Assembly (NCBI GenBank): GCA_017646015.1
Contig: JAGCNI010000010.1
Location: forward strand, 262-64,261
Source: Lentisphaeria bacterium
Lineage (GTDB): Bacteria; Verrucomicrobiota; Lentisphaeria; Victivallales; UBA1829
Direction of reading: 5' to 3'
DNA: 64,000 bases
Under the pieces are notes generated by a model. It did no database searches. It was given only the letters and a program-made list of their open reading frames with translations, and was not told where the DNA came from. Position 1 is the stretch's first letter, and each line of letters starts with the position of its first letter. Made by a program: the position numbers and the translations under genes. This document shows, one piece after another, positions 28,666-38,560 of this stretch.

Positions 28666-29700
28666 TTATGGCAAAAGTCTTCGTTCCATATCTGGATTCT
28701 GTTCAAGCATCTGATAGTATCTGGGGGAGGGACCTTCTGCGATCCGCTGCATCATAGTTTCAAACTGTTCGACGGAATTCAAGAAGGAGACAGAAGCTCT
28801 GAGTTCTCCGGGGAATCCGCGACCGCGTAAATATTCCAAAAGAGTTTTTCTGCAGATACGCAATCCATTTTCGATACCGTAGAAGTGCATCATTCCTTCA
28901 AAATGGAGACGCATTTCATCCATGAATTCCCGGAGGGTCGGCGGTTGTATTTTTTTCTGTGCGATCTCCCGGAATATCCACGGATTTCCACAGGCTCCGC
29001 GCGCGATCATGGCATTGGGACATTCCGTATCGAGCAGGAGTTTATCATGCAATGGTTGTGTCATGATGCCGCCGTTGGCAATGACCGGTATCGTCAATGT
29101 CCGGCGGATTTCCCGGATGATTCCGGTGAAAACCGGGCCGGAATAAAAATTTTTCATCAGACGGCCATGAATTGTGATCGCCTGCGCTCCGGCATTCTGC
29201 AGAGCAAGACAGAATTTGACGGTCGGTTCAGGATCTGTTTCAGAAGCGATCCTGGTTTTTGCAGTGACTGGGATGTTGGAATTTTTGACCAGCACCTCAA
29301 ACGCACGTACCGCTTCATCCGGGCGTTTGACAGCAAACGTTGCTCCTTCGCCTTTTTTGGCAACTTTCGGGGCTGGGCATCCGAGGTTGAAATCAAGGAC
29401 ATCGAAGTGATGCTGATTGACGATTTGAGCTGCTTTTGCTAAAATGTCATGCTCGGAACCGACCAGTTGGATCCCGAGAAATTCTTCGGATGGATCCCGT
29501 GCGATCAGCAGGGAATTGGTCTTGTGATTCCCAAAGACCAGAGACCCTGCATCGACCATTTCCGTGAATGCGTAACGGCAGCCATGCCGACGGGCGGAAA
29601 GACGCATCGGCAGGTCAGTATGACCGGCAATCGGCGCAAGCAGCGGAATACCGGGTAGATAAAGTTCGTTCGTATCAGAGGGAAATGGTGGTTGTTTCAT
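28666..29700 (-). CDS. dusB: tRNA-dihydrouridine synthase (DusB family)
   Basis: LAPIAG.TD, FTEMV, DFNLGCP, ITIHGR, VIANGGI, MIARGA.GNPWIF. Confidence 0.85.
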   Translation of the reverse strand: MKQPPFPSDTNELYLPGIPLLAPIAGHTDLPMRLSARRHGCRYAFTEMVDAGSLVFGNHKTNSLLIARDPSEEFLGIQLVGSEHDILAKAAQIVNQHHFDVLDFNLGCPAPKVAKKGEGATFAVKRPDEAVRAFEVLVKNSNIPVTAKTRIASETDPEPTVKFCLALQNAGAQAITIHGRLMKNFYSGPVFTGIIREIRRTLTIPVIANGGIMTQPLHDKLLLDTECPNAMIARGACGNPWIFREIAQKKIQPPTLREFMDEMRLHFEGMMHFYGIENGLRICRKTLLEYLRGRGFPGELRASVSFLNSVEQFETMMQRIAEGPSPRYYQMLEQNPDMERRLLP

Positions 29701-29706
29701 ATTGTT

Positions 29707-30594
29707 TTATTCCGCTGTCGGGACGGGAAAATATTTTGCCGCATCCTTTTCATTTTTGATATTGGCGGGACCGGGGATACAGAGCCATTCTTCTGTATGG
29801 ACAACTTCATCACCGGGAGCGAGCAGACCGAGCGGACCGAGAGTTTCCGCTTCCAGCATATCAGAGCAGGTATAGATTTCGATACTGCATCCGTTATCGG
29901 GATAATCTGCATCCTGATAATGTTCAAAGCTCTTGACAAAGATTGTTCCCTGATTTGCGTAAGCGATCCAACCGTTTTCGCAGTTGAATCCGATTTTCAG
30001 CGGCTCCATATCTTTTTTCTGATGCACCATGACGAAATCTTTTCCGAGTTTCAACCGGGGATCATTCATTTCTGTATAGGGCCAGAAAGCAAAGAACGAG
30101 TTGGGGAGCAATGCCTTCGGAGCTTTATTTTGCGGTGCGATCGCAACCCCGCCGGGAGCCATGACACTCAATGCCCAGGGAGCCAGTTCAATATCCCACA
30201 TATTATCGTTGCGGAGACGGTGTTCCACTCTGAATTTGTTATCGCCCAATGCTTTGATCGTAATGCTTTTGTAAATTCCGGTTGTCTTATCGGTCCCGGA
30301 GGTGAAACAGATCGAACCGTCTTTCAGTTCTTTGGCTGTTGCTTTTGTGTTGTCCAGTTCATAGGTGCGGGGGAACATTTCAGGTGCGTGCCACAAACGG
30401 TGGCCGCCGTAGTTGACCCATTTTTTTGCTCCGGATGTTCCGGCGAGAGCAGGATCAACATTGAAAATATTGGCACTGTCCCCGACAAAACCGCCGATCA
30501 CACGCGGTCCGATTTCTGTTGTGATCACGATCCGGAAATCTCCGCTGACCATTTCCACACAATTTTTCCACCCTTCAAAAGTGATTTTTTTCAT
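29707..30594 (-). CDS. Hypothetical protein (DUF4380/galactose-mutarotase-like)
   Basis: GPRVI, YGGHRLWHAPE, APWALSVM, YPDNGCSIEIY, LEAETLGPL. Confidence 0.55.
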   Translation of the reverse strand: MKKITFEGWKNCVEMVSGDFRIVITTEIGPRVIGGFVGDSANIFNVDPALAGTSGAKKWVNYGGHRLWHAPEMFPRTYELDNTKATAKELKDGSICFTSGTDKTTGIYKSITIKALGDNKFRVEHRLRNDNMWDIELAPWALSVMAPGGVAIAPQNKAPKALLPNSFFAFWPYTEMNDPRLKLGKDFVMVHQKKDMEPLKIGFNCENGWIAYANQGTIFVKSFEHYQDADYPDNGCSIEIYTCSDMLEAETLGPLGLLAPGDEVVHTEEWLCIPGPANIKNEKDAAKYFPVPTAE

Positions 30595-30617
30595 ACAACA
30601 ACCTCCTGTTTATTATT

Positions 30618-31337
30618 TCAAGGACACAATTTACCACATAAAACGGAAAGTGCAAATTCAACACGCAAAATATTTCTGCCCAGAGAGACACAGTTGAATC
30701 CATGATTCCGGAATACTTCCACTTCCCGTGTCGTATAACCACCTTCCGGACCGATTGCCAGGAGTACAGGTGTTTCTGAGCTCAGTGCATGAGGACACAA
30801 CGGCGCGCCCGGTTCCGGATGAGCAATGATTTTTGTCTGACAGCTTTGCAGAAATGATTCTTCTTTTTCAAAAAAGGTATGCAGCTCCGGATAGAATATC
30901 AATTCCGGTTCGATGGTATCGACTCCCTGTTCCAAGCCAAGTTTGATTTCTTCCAGAATATTTTCCGGCTGCATGGCAGAGCTTTTCCAATAACTTTTTT
31001 CAACTTTTGCCGAACCGACAAAAAATGCTTTTGCAATTCCTGCGGATGCTATGAAATGCAGTGTTTTTTTGAAACTTTGCGGACGGGGCAGGGAGATGAT
31101 CGGGATAATATTATTTTTCGGCGGCGGTTCCAGATCAAAGCTGTCGCATTGAATTTTTGCCCGGTTTCTTTCCAGTTCCAGCAATATCCCGTTTCCGATT
31201 TTTCCGTTGAGCATACCGCACTTTATGGTATCTCCGCAAGATGCCCGGAGGACAGTCCGGATATGTTCCGCTCTCCGTTCTGTAACTTCAAACACATTTC
31301 CGCAACGGTCTTCCTCAGTCAATAACAACAGATTCAT
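30618..31337 (-). CDS. rsmE: 16S rRNA m3U1498 methyltransferase RsmE
   Basis: HIRTVLR, LEQG.DT..P, LAIGPEGG, SLGRNILRVE SPOUT motifs; start set at MNLLLL (31337). Confidence 0.88.
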   Translation of the reverse strand: MNLLLLTEEDRCGNVFEVTERRAEHIRTVLRASCGDTIKCGMLNGKIGNGILLELERNRAKIQCDSFDLEPPPKNNIIPIISLPRPQSFKKTLHFIASAGIAKAFFVGSAKVEKSYWKSSAMQPENILEEIKLGLEQGVDTIEPELIFYPELHTFFEKEESFLQSCQTKIIAHPEPGAPLCPHALSSETPVLLAIGPEGGYTTREVEVFRNHGFNCVSLGRNILRVEFALSVLCGKLCP

Positions 31338-31577
31338 CCGGATATGATCCCCTTTTGTAATAAAACTTCCTTTGTGTATTGCGGCAATATGACACGTCAA
31401 CAGTAAAAAATCAATCTGTTTATTGAAAAAACGTGTAAAAAACATGATCCTGAACCCTCTTTTCCTGCGTAGAAAAAGAGGAAAGTGCAAACCAGACTTG
31501 ATTTTTGGATTTTCGGATGTAAATTAAGGTATGAATATTTGTTTTTTCAAAATAAAAATTTTCCGGGAGGAATGATT

Positions 31578-31922
31578 ATGGAATTGAAGATGATTCAGGC
31601 GAATGATGAGTACACTCACGTCGCATTGTCCGGTCGTTTGGATATTGACGGAGTCCGTGCTGTTGAACTTGATTTTGCAGCAATTGTCGGAAACAAAGGA
31701 AAATCTGCGATCGTGGATATGACCGAAGTCAGCTTTATGGCATCTCTCGGAATGCGTATGCTGCTCAGTACCGCCAAAACTTTGCGTGCAGCCGGCGGAA
31801 AAGTGGTTCTTTATAATCCGCAGCCTGTCGTTTTGGAAGCTCTGGAAACAGCCGGTTTTTCTGCTGTGATGAGCATTGAAAGCGATTTCGCTAAAGCTTT
31901 GGAATTGATTCAGAGCAAATAA
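31578..31922 (+). CDS. STAS-domain anti-sigma factor antagonist
   Basis: GGGAGG SD; LSGRLD, DMTEVSFMASLGMRML (phosphoacceptor Ser), LETAGF. Confidence 0.88.
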   Translation: MELKMIQANDEYTHVALSGRLDIDGVRAVELDFAAIVGNKGKSAIVDMTEVSFMASLGMRMLLSTAKTLRAAGGKVVLYNPQPVVLEALETAGFSAVMSIESDFAKALELIQSK

Positions 31923-31954
31923 TTTTGTTTCCCGGTCAGCGGGGACGCAATATC

Positions 31955-32365
31955 ATGTCATCTGAAAAATGGATCTTTACGGCAGAATGTTCTTTGGATT
32001 CTGTGGCACAGGGTGCAGCAGAATTGCAGCGTTATGCCGGGGAAATTGATTTGTCTTCCCGCAAAATGTTTCAGCTTGACCTGATCTATGAAGAATTGTT
32101 GACCAATGTTGTCAAATATTCATATCCTGATCCCGCCGGACATACGATTACTGTGACTCTTGAAAAACAGGGCGAAGATTGTATTTTTGAGGTGATTCAC
32201 GACGGGATGGATTTCAATCCGTGGAATGTGGAATCTCCCGATCTTGATCTGCCTCTGGAGGAACGTTCAGAGGGCGGACTTGGGATTCATCTTGTCAAAC
32301 AATTTTCCAAATCTCTCGACTATTCCCGTGAAAATGGGATGAGTATTGTGAAAGTCGTTTTCTGA
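31955..32365 (+). CDS. Anti-sigma factor / Ser kinase (RsbW/SpoIIAB-like HATPase)
   Basis: EELLTNVVKYSY, HDG.DFNP, EGGLGIHLV. Confidence 0.88.
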   Translation: MSSEKWIFTAECSLDSVAQGAAELQRYAGEIDLSSRKMFQLDLIYEELLTNVVKYSYPDPAGHTITVTLEKQGEDCIFEVIHDGMDFNPWNVESPDLDLPLEERSEGGLGIHLVKQFSKSLDYSRENGMSIVKVVF

Positions 32366-32384
32366 TTTTTTTTCGATCTGGATT

Positions 32385-33434
32385 TTATTTTTTTGCAGCG
32401 ATACTGCCTCGTGCGATATAGAAAGTCGGGATCACTGTCAGCGGTGCGATTGATTCTTTTTTCAATAATTTCTGTAATGCGGAACAGAGTTCTCCACAGA
32501 TCCTGTCCGCATTCTGACTGACACTGCAAAGTCCGAGGTCTTCTGCGGTTTGTGTATTCCCGAATCCCGTGATGGAAAGGTCTTCCGGAATGGAGATCGC
32601 ATTGTCTGCACAGAAATTGACCACTCCTGCCGCGATGGTATCATTGGCGCAGAAGACAGCTGTCGGTGGATTTTTGGTAGCGAAGAGTTCCCGGATTGCA
32701 TGATACCCCCATTCCCGGCTGGGATAACGCATTTTGATCAATTGTTTCCGAGGTTCGATCCCGTATTTTTTCAAGGCATCAAGATAACCATTCAAACGTT
32801 GTTCTCCGGTATAATCATATTCGCTGCCGATATGGGCGATCCTCTGATGTCCCAACTGAAGCAGTTTTTCTGTTGCCGCATACGCTCCGGAATGGTCATC
32901 GGAGAGAATTTGCGGGATTTCCAGATCCGGAAGACGCATATCAAAGATCACAGTCGGGATCTTCAATGTTTTATACAGTTCTGCACATTGTCTATTCGGG
33001 ACTGCGAGCAGGGCAAGCGTGCCGGAATTCGTGAAATATTCCAGTAATTCCGCTTCACGCTGTTCTGAGTTGCGTGTCAGATGTACGACCGGATGCAACC
33101 CTTGTGATGCGAGTACTTTTTCAACGGCGGCGAAAATCCTGTAATAGAAGATTTCATCATCCGGAAAGATGAATCCGATCCTGTTGGAATTTTTATCCGG
33201 AGCGGATTTTGCGGCTTGTCCCAGAAAACTGCCTTTACATGGGATCGAATGGATCCTGTTCTGTTCCCGCAGCAGACGCAACGCTTTTCTGATTGTGAGA
33301 TGATTACATGCAAACAGTTCTGCCAATTTCCGTTCCGGCGGCAGTGGATCACCTGATTGCAGATGATCCCGGACTGTCATAGCCATGATTTCATCGGCAA
33401 GAGTAATATAGCGTTGTGGTTTTCCCCGGTTCAA
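32385..33434 (-). CDS. GntR-family regulator with LacI-type effector domain (start set at TTG 33434 after AGGAG)
   Basis: GDPLPPERKLAELF.CN.LTIRKAL wHTH; GHQRIAHIG, PTAVFCANDTIA, IPEDLSITGF. Confidence 0.88.
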   Translation of the reverse strand: MNRGKPQRYITLADEIMAMTVRDHLQSGDPLPPERKLAELFACNHLTIRKALRLLREQNRIHSIPCKGSFLGQAAKSAPDKNSNRIGFIFPDDEIFYYRIFAAVEKVLASQGLHPVVHLTRNSEQREAELLEYFTNSGTLALLAVPNRQCAELYKTLKIPTVIFDMRLPDLEIPQILSDDHSGAYAATEKLLQLGHQRIAHIGSEYDYTGEQRLNGYLDALKKYGIEPRKQLIKMRYPSREWGYHAIRELFATKNPPTAVFCANDTIAAGVVNFCADNAISIPEDLSITGFGNTQTAEDLGLCSVSQNADRICGELCSALQKLLKKESIAPLTVIPTFYIARGSIAAKK

Positions 33435-33529
33435 TGTGTTGCTCCTTTTATTCCTGTTTGTTTGGTGAAACACTATACCATAAGAATATGAAAATACCAT
33501 GATTTTTTCTGAAATATTGCAAAATAAAC

Positions 33530-33558
33530 TTGACAAAATACGATTCTTGTTTTAGAAT
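33530..33558 (+). promoter_or_regulatory. sigma70 promoter of the 33611 gene
   Basis: TTGACA-17 bp-TAGAAT. Confidence 0.7.
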
Positions 33559-33610
33559 AACCTCGATTCCAGAAAAATTGTATGAAACAAAGAAGAAAGG
33601 GTATTGAACG

Positions 33611-34087
33611 ATGAGATTGAAATTTACATTTGTATTGGCGGGACTTCTTGGACTGATATTTGCGGCTCAGGCGGTTCCGGTTGGTGTAGGGTTCTGGTAT
33701 CATGCTCCTGCACGGATCCAGAAACAGAAAGTCACAGCTGTCGCTTTCGGGATTCCGGTCTATAATGGTTATTCTGTCAAAGGGGCTTCCCTTTCCATTA
33801 TCGGCAATCACTCCAGATATGTCAATGGATTTCAGTTCCCACTGTATGGTTACAATGTAGCAGATAACATGATCGGTGCGCAGCTTGGATTTGTCAATAT
33901 AATCAATAATCCTGTCAAACGCAAACCTGCATTCCAGATCGGATTTTACAACCAGAGTCCGGGCAGAGTTTTTCAGTTCGGTTGGGTCAATCACGGGCAG
34001 GATAATGCAAAACTTCAAATCGGACTGATCAATATCAATAAAAATGGCTGGCTTCCGTTTATGGTCTTTTTCAACTTCGGAAGATAA
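33611..34087 (+). CDS. Secreted protein with LA_2272-like G-x-Q-x-G-x-x-N repeats
   Basis: Signal peptide AQA; repeats GAQLGFVN, FQIGFYN, FQFGWVN, LQIGLIN; ends ..PFMVFFNF. Confidence 0.65.
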   Translation: MRLKFTFVLAGLLGLIFAAQAVPVGVGFWYHAPARIQKQKVTAVAFGIPVYNGYSVKGASLSIIGNHSRYVNGFQFPLYGYNVADNMIGAQLGFVNIINNPVKRKPAFQIGFYNQSPGRVFQFGWVNHGQDNAKLQIGLININKNGWLPFMVFFNFGR

Positions 34088-34090
34088 CAG

Positions 34091-34140
34091 ATCAGCCTAT
34101 AAAAAAACGCCCGGGCAGGGCGTTTTTTTTATAGACTGAT
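34091..34140. terminator. Bidirectional intrinsic terminator between convergent genes
   Basis: ATCAG.CTATAAAAAAACGCCC-gggca-GGGCGTTTTTTTTATAG.CTGAT. Confidence 0.9.
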
Positions 34141-34148
34141 CCATGCTG

Positions 34149-34550
34149 TTATTTTTCAATAAAGAAGCCTGTGCATGAAATCTGGGCGATCAATTTATTT
34201 TCATCATTGGTCACTGAAATGTCAAACAGACAAGTCCGGCGTCCTCTGTTCACCGCTTTGGCTGTTGCTTTCAATCTTTTTCCAGTACCCGGACGGATAA
34301 ATGAAATCGTGGAATTCATCGCCATACATTTTTCGCCCCAGGAGTTTGCCGCCGCAGCAAATGCCAGATCGGCAAGGGTAAAAATAGCTCCGCCTTGTAC
34401 CGTATTCAGGGCATTCGTACTGTTTTCATTGATTTCCAGTACGGCTTCCGCATATCCTTCCCGCAAGGTTTCGATGCGGATCTTATTGGATTTTGCAAAT
34501 GTATCATTTTCATTCAGAAAGTTTTTCAACCTATCAAGATCAAAAGACAT
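34149..34550 (-). CDS. PaaI family hotdog thioesterase
   Basis: N...VQGGAIFTLADLAF, ISFIRP, RGRRT. Confidence 0.88.
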   Translation of the reverse strand: MSFDLDRLKNFLNENDTFAKSNKIRIETLREGYAEAVLEINENSTNALNTVQGGAIFTLADLAFAAAANSWGEKCMAMNSTISFIRPGTGKRLKATAKAVNRGRRTCLFDISVTNDENKLIAQISCTGFFIEK

Positions 34551-34567
34551 GTTACATCCTCATTGTT

Positions 34568-36397
34568 TTAATAACTGGTTCTTCCGTAGGGTGTGACGCC
34601 ATCGGGGTAGTAACGCGGATTTTTCGGAGAGAGTTCTCTTGCTTTCTTCAATGCTTTTTCCGCTTCCCCGGGGTATTTTCCTGTGGATTTCAATAGAACA
34701 TATTTCCGGAAATAGTATGCAGAGCGTTTGGGGGCTTTTTCGATCGCCTTTTCCAAAAGAGAGAGTGATTCATCAAAATAAAACGGTCCGAGCGATTGAA
34801 AATAATAGGAGGCAGATGCTGCCGGGAATGGTGAACGCGGATCGCATTTTTTCAACATATCATAGACCTCCTGCGGCTGCGGTCGTTTGGTCGGGTCCTG
34901 AGAGAAACGCAAATCTGTGGAAGAGTGCAGCGCATCAAAATTGATTTCCGCTTTGATCACCTGCGGTGTATAGAGCAGCGCCGCAACGGCAAAAACGGAA
35001 CAGAGTAGGAAGAAGAGGAAGGAAAAAGTTTTTTTCTCCGGAAATCCCGGCAGAGGAAGTTGGACTGGCTGTGTATCTTGCTGCAAGTTGGAAAGAATGA
35101 TCATAGAGATCACGATTGCGATCCCTGTTGAGGCAACTGTTTCATAGTTCAGTTCCAGCATGGAATGGAATGTCCATGCTCCGATACCGCAGAGTAATCC
35201 GGCGGAAACAGCTGTGTTTTCCGGTTTTTCAGCACCCCTGACTTGTCCGGAAAAATACAGAACAGCAGCTGCCAGCGGCAACAGAAGAACAATTCCCGCC
35301 AGCAGAAACGGAATCACACCTGTCTGAGAACCGAAAGCCAGCAGAAAATTGTGCGGAGCATGAGGTGCTTCATCATTGACAACATTTTTCAGAATCAGGT
35401 AATCATTGAAAAATTCCCCCCAACCGGCTCCGGCAAATTGGGCAAACATCATTTTGATTGCCGCCTGAAAATAATCAAAGCGGATCAGCATGGAGTTATA
35501 ACCGCGTCCGAGCTTCACGATCGCCCAGAATCCCGCCAGTCCGATTGGGATCAGGGAGTAACAGAATATCTTCCAGCGGGTGGAGAGTTTTATACAGAGA
35601 ATGGTCAGATACATACCAGCCAGCAGGGCAAGAATCCCGCCGCGGCTCCCGGTTTCTTTCAGCAGAAACAGAAATAATGCAGCGCAGGGCAAAGTCAACA
35701 ACAGTTTCGCAGGAAGTGGCGGAGTCACCCGGTTGCCGAGTTTCCACAGATTCCCGATCAATAACGGAAAAGTCAGCACCAGATAGCCCGCATAGGAATT
35801 GCAGACCGTAAAATCTCCGGAAACTCGTGCTTCTTTCAAACGGTTGCCGAACTGTCCTTCCAAAATCTGAACGCCCGATATTTTTTCTTTGTTTTCGATA
35901 TATTTCAAGGTGTCATCAAATCCGGAAAGATACTGATTGACTGCCGAATATATGGAAAAGATCAGTCCCGTAATAACAGCTCTCTGCAGCCATTTGCAGA
36001 ATGCGGGATTGTTTTCAATACAACGCATCAACGCCAGCGCATAACAAGCCAATCCCAGAGTGTATGCGGTATTCTGAGCTGCAAAATCCCATGTGGTTGC
36101 ATGGATCCATCCTGTCAGGGAAAAAAGTGACAAGGCACACCACAGCAGGGCATACCAACGCAGATTTTTTTCCTGTCTGACAGGAATACAGAAGAGGGTG
36201 AGAGCCAGTGTTCCGGCAGCAAATAGAGGAAAAAGCATGATCGGCCATGCTGCCACCAGAATTGCAACCGGATCGTTCCAATAAGTCATTGGCATTTCCG
36301 GTACACCGACTGTTGACCCAAATTTCAAGGGCAGCAGAAAAGTCAGGATCAGCAGTAAAGTTTCCGGGATGATAGATAAGCTCTTTTTCAAATTCAT
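34568..36397 (-). CDS. O-antigen ligase (Wzy_C) family membrane protein with C-terminal TPR-like region
   Basis: Multiple TMs, N.YAGYL, TGSRGG, GAGWGEF, HAPHN; helical TPR-like tail (LEKAIEKAP, LKKARELSP). Confidence 0.75.
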   Translation of the reverse strand: MNLKKSLSIIPETLLLILTFLLPLKFGSTVGVPEMPMTYWNDPVAILVAAWPIMLFPLFAAGTLALTLFCIPVRQEKNLRWYALLWCALSLFSLTGWIHATTWDFAAQNTAYTLGLACYALALMRCIENNPAFCKWLQRAVITGLIFSIYSAVNQYLSGFDDTLKYIENKEKISGVQILEGQFGNRLKEARVSGDFTVCNSYAGYLVLTFPLLIGNLWKLGNRVTPPLPAKLLLTLPCAALFLFLLKETGSRGGILALLAGMYLTILCIKLSTRWKIFCYSLIPIGLAGFWAIVKLGRGYNSMLIRFDYFQAAIKMMFAQFAGAGWGEFFNDYLILKNVVNDEAPHAPHNFLLAFGSQTGVIPFLLAGIVLLLPLAAAVLYFSGQVRGAEKPENTAVSAGLLCGIGAWTFHSMLELNYETVASTGIAIVISMIILSNLQQDTQPVQLPLPGFPEKKTFSFLFFLLCSVFAVAALLYTPQVIKAEINFDALHSSTDLRFSQDPTKRPQPQEVYDMLKKCDPRSPFPAASASYYFQSLGPFYFDESLSLLEKAIEKAPKRSAYYFRKYVLLKSTGKYPGEAEKALKKARELSPKNPRYYPDGVTPYGRTSY

Positions 36398-36416
36398 AAA
36401 TCGTTCTCCATTCTGG

Positions 36417-37418
36417 TCATGCCCGCGGATGGGCTTTCTGATAAACCGCTTTCAATCGTTCTGAACTGATATGTGTGTAGATTTGTGTTGTACTCAAATT
36501 GGCATGTCCGAGCAGTTCCTGAACACTTCGCAGATCTGCCCCGGCATCCAGAAGATGAGTTGCAAAAGAATGACGCAGCTTATGAGGTGTCATATCTGCC
36601 GGAAGTTCTGCAGAATCCAGATACAGTTTGAAATTCCTCTGAAAACTTCTCGGCGTGATCCTGCCGCCATCCTGATTGATAAATAACGGGGCTTCTTTAC
36701 GGGTGTCACTTGTCCAGCTCCTCCGCAGGGAAAGATATTTTTTCAATGCCCTTTCTGCCGGAGAACCCAATGCACAGATCCGTTCTTTTTTCCCTTTCCC
36801 GCGAACCAGCATCACTCCGCTGAAAAGATCGAGCGAACCGATATTCAGATCCAGTGCTTCACTGATACGCAGCCCGCCGGAATAAATGACTTCGAGGATC
36901 GCACTGTCCCGGACTTCGGAGAGTTCTGCATGGGCATCCGATTTTGTCAACTGTTGTCCATTGGCTGCCCTCCAGTACACTGCCGGCGCATCCAGCAGAC
37001 GTGCCACTTCTGCAACGGTCATATATTTGGGGAGCCGTTTGCCGCGTTTCGGGGAGACAAGGCCGGAAAATGGATTGTTGGAAACTTTGTTTTCCCGGAG
37101 CATATAACGGTAGAATGATCTCATCGCAGAGAGCTTGCGGATGATCGAGGTCTTGTTCAGATTATCATCCTGTAATGCAACCACAAAGGTACGGGCATCA
37201 TGCACACTGATATCATCCCAGTCGATTTCCTGTTGCGAAAGATCCTGTTTCAGAATCAGCTCTGTAAATTGGAAAATATCCATACGGTAACTGTTCACCG
37301 TATGTTCCGAGGCATTGCGTTCTGCATTCAAATAGGCAAGAAAATTTTTCAGATTTGTATCGGCAATCTCATCCGGATATGCTGCAACTTCTTTCTGCAT
37401 GGTCAAAAATCCTGTCAC
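36417..37418 (-). CDS. xerC: Tyrosine recombinase XerC/XerD family
   Basis: SEHTVNSY..D, GGLRISE, GKGKKER, HKLRHSFATHLL..GADLRSVQELLGH..LSTTQIY. Confidence 0.85.
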   Translation of the reverse strand: MTGFLTMQKEVAAYPDEIADTNLKNFLAYLNAERNASEHTVNSYRMDIFQFTELILKQDLSQQEIDWDDISVHDARTFVVALQDDNLNKTSIIRKLSAMRSFYRYMLRENKVSNNPFSGLVSPKRGKRLPKYMTVAEVARLLDAPAVYWRAANGQQLTKSDAHAELSEVRDSAILEVIYSGGLRISEALDLNIGSLDLFSGVMLVRGKGKKERICALGSPAERALKKYLSLRRSWTSDTRKEAPLFINQDGGRITPRSFQRNFKLYLDSAELPADMTPHKLRHSFATHLLDAGADLRSVQELLGHANLSTTQIYTHISSERLKAVYQKAHPRA

Positions 37419-38560
37419 TTCATCAGTTTCCGCATACCGCGTTCGATCACATCACAGACTTTCATCAATGTGCCTTTGCAGATCGTGATCGCTCCTTTCG
37501 GACAATGTTCCTGACAGCAGAAACAACGGATACATTCCGGATAATGGAACACCGCTTTCCCGTTGATGATCTTCAATGATTCCGGAGGACACATTTTCGC
37601 ACACAGTCCGCAGCCGATACATTTCTCTTCATCCAGCACCGGACGGGCCACCATCCATTCCCTGATATATTTTTTCAAGCCCGGAGGCAGCATGACGCCC
37701 CATTCACATAAGAGTCCGGGCGGAGGCGGCAGTTCCAACGGTTCGATTTGCGGTTGTTCCCCGACGATCTCAAAATCCGGCAGAATATTCCGTTCCGCTG
37801 CATTCCGGAGGATCAGCAATTCTTTTCCGCCATTCAGGAGCGGAGCAACTGCCGCATCCAATGCCAGCGCATCTGTTCCCCCGACGACCCAACCCCGGTG
37901 GACAGGAGTGCCGCTGCCGGGACCGTTCCCTTCCATACAGGTGATCGCATCCAGCAGATTGAACTGCGGACGAACCGCCAGATAAATATCCAAAAGCATA
38001 TCTGCAAAACGGGAGAAATCTTTTCCCACATTCAAATGCCATCCCATCCGTTCACTGCCTTTGACCAGTCCGAAAAGATTTTTGACACACAATGTCAACA
38101 TCATCATCCCGTGAGTTTTGGCTTTGGCTATATCCACGACCGCATCAAAATCCTGATATTCCGAGGCAAGTTCCAAATGATGAAAACGGGTGTTGGCATC
38201 GGTCCGCATCGGTCCGAATTTTGAAAAACAGGCAACAGGAACATCCAGACGTTTCAAGTCTTCTTCGATTTTCATCGCCCGGATCACCGCTTCCGCTGTC
38301 TGAACAGCCGGGGTCTCCAAAATGGAAACTTTTGCTCCTGCATCCAGAAATACTTTTACGCTTTCCAACAGAAATGCCGGATGTACACAGGCTGGATCTT
38401 CCGGTTTTCTCCAGGCAAGAAGATTGGGCTTGAACAGAATTTTTTTACCGGAGATCCCACCAAAGGATTCGATTTGCGGAGCAATGACCTGTTCCAGGGC
38501 TGTGCGTAATTGCCGTGTATCATAATAAGATGAACAGGGGGAAAAACAAACTTTGTTCAT
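37415..38560 (-). CDS. DUF362 domain protein with C-terminal 2x[4Fe-4S] ferredoxin
   Basis: ILFKPNL, KAKTH...TLCVKNLFG, MEGNGP..G, CIGCGLCAKMCP, CIRCFCCQEHCP. Confidence 0.88.
   Translation of the reverse strand: MNKVCFSPCSSYYDTRQLRTALEQVIAPQIESFGGISGKKILFKPNLLAWRKPEDPACVHPAFLLESVKVFLDAGAKVSILETPAVQTAEAVIRAMKIEEDLKRLDVPVACFSKFGPMRTDANTRFHHLELASEYQDFDAVVDIAKAKTHGMMMLTLCVKNLFGLVKGSERMGWHLNVGKDFSRFADMLLDIYLAVRPQFNLLDAITCMEGNGPGSGTPVHRGWVVGGTDALALDAAVAPLLNGGKELLILRNAAERNILPDFEIVGEQPQIEPLELPPPPGLLCEWGVMLPPGLKKYIREWMVARPVLDEEKCIGCGLCAKMCPPESLKIINGKAVFHYPECIRCFCCQEHCPKGAITICKGTLMKVCDVIERGMRKLMK

Noticed and set aside
36417-37418. Tyrosine recombinase as the integrase of a mobile element
   Set aside because: XerC/D-type sequence embedded in a housekeeping operon; no att repeats, phage or transposon genes, and it is far from the tRNA.
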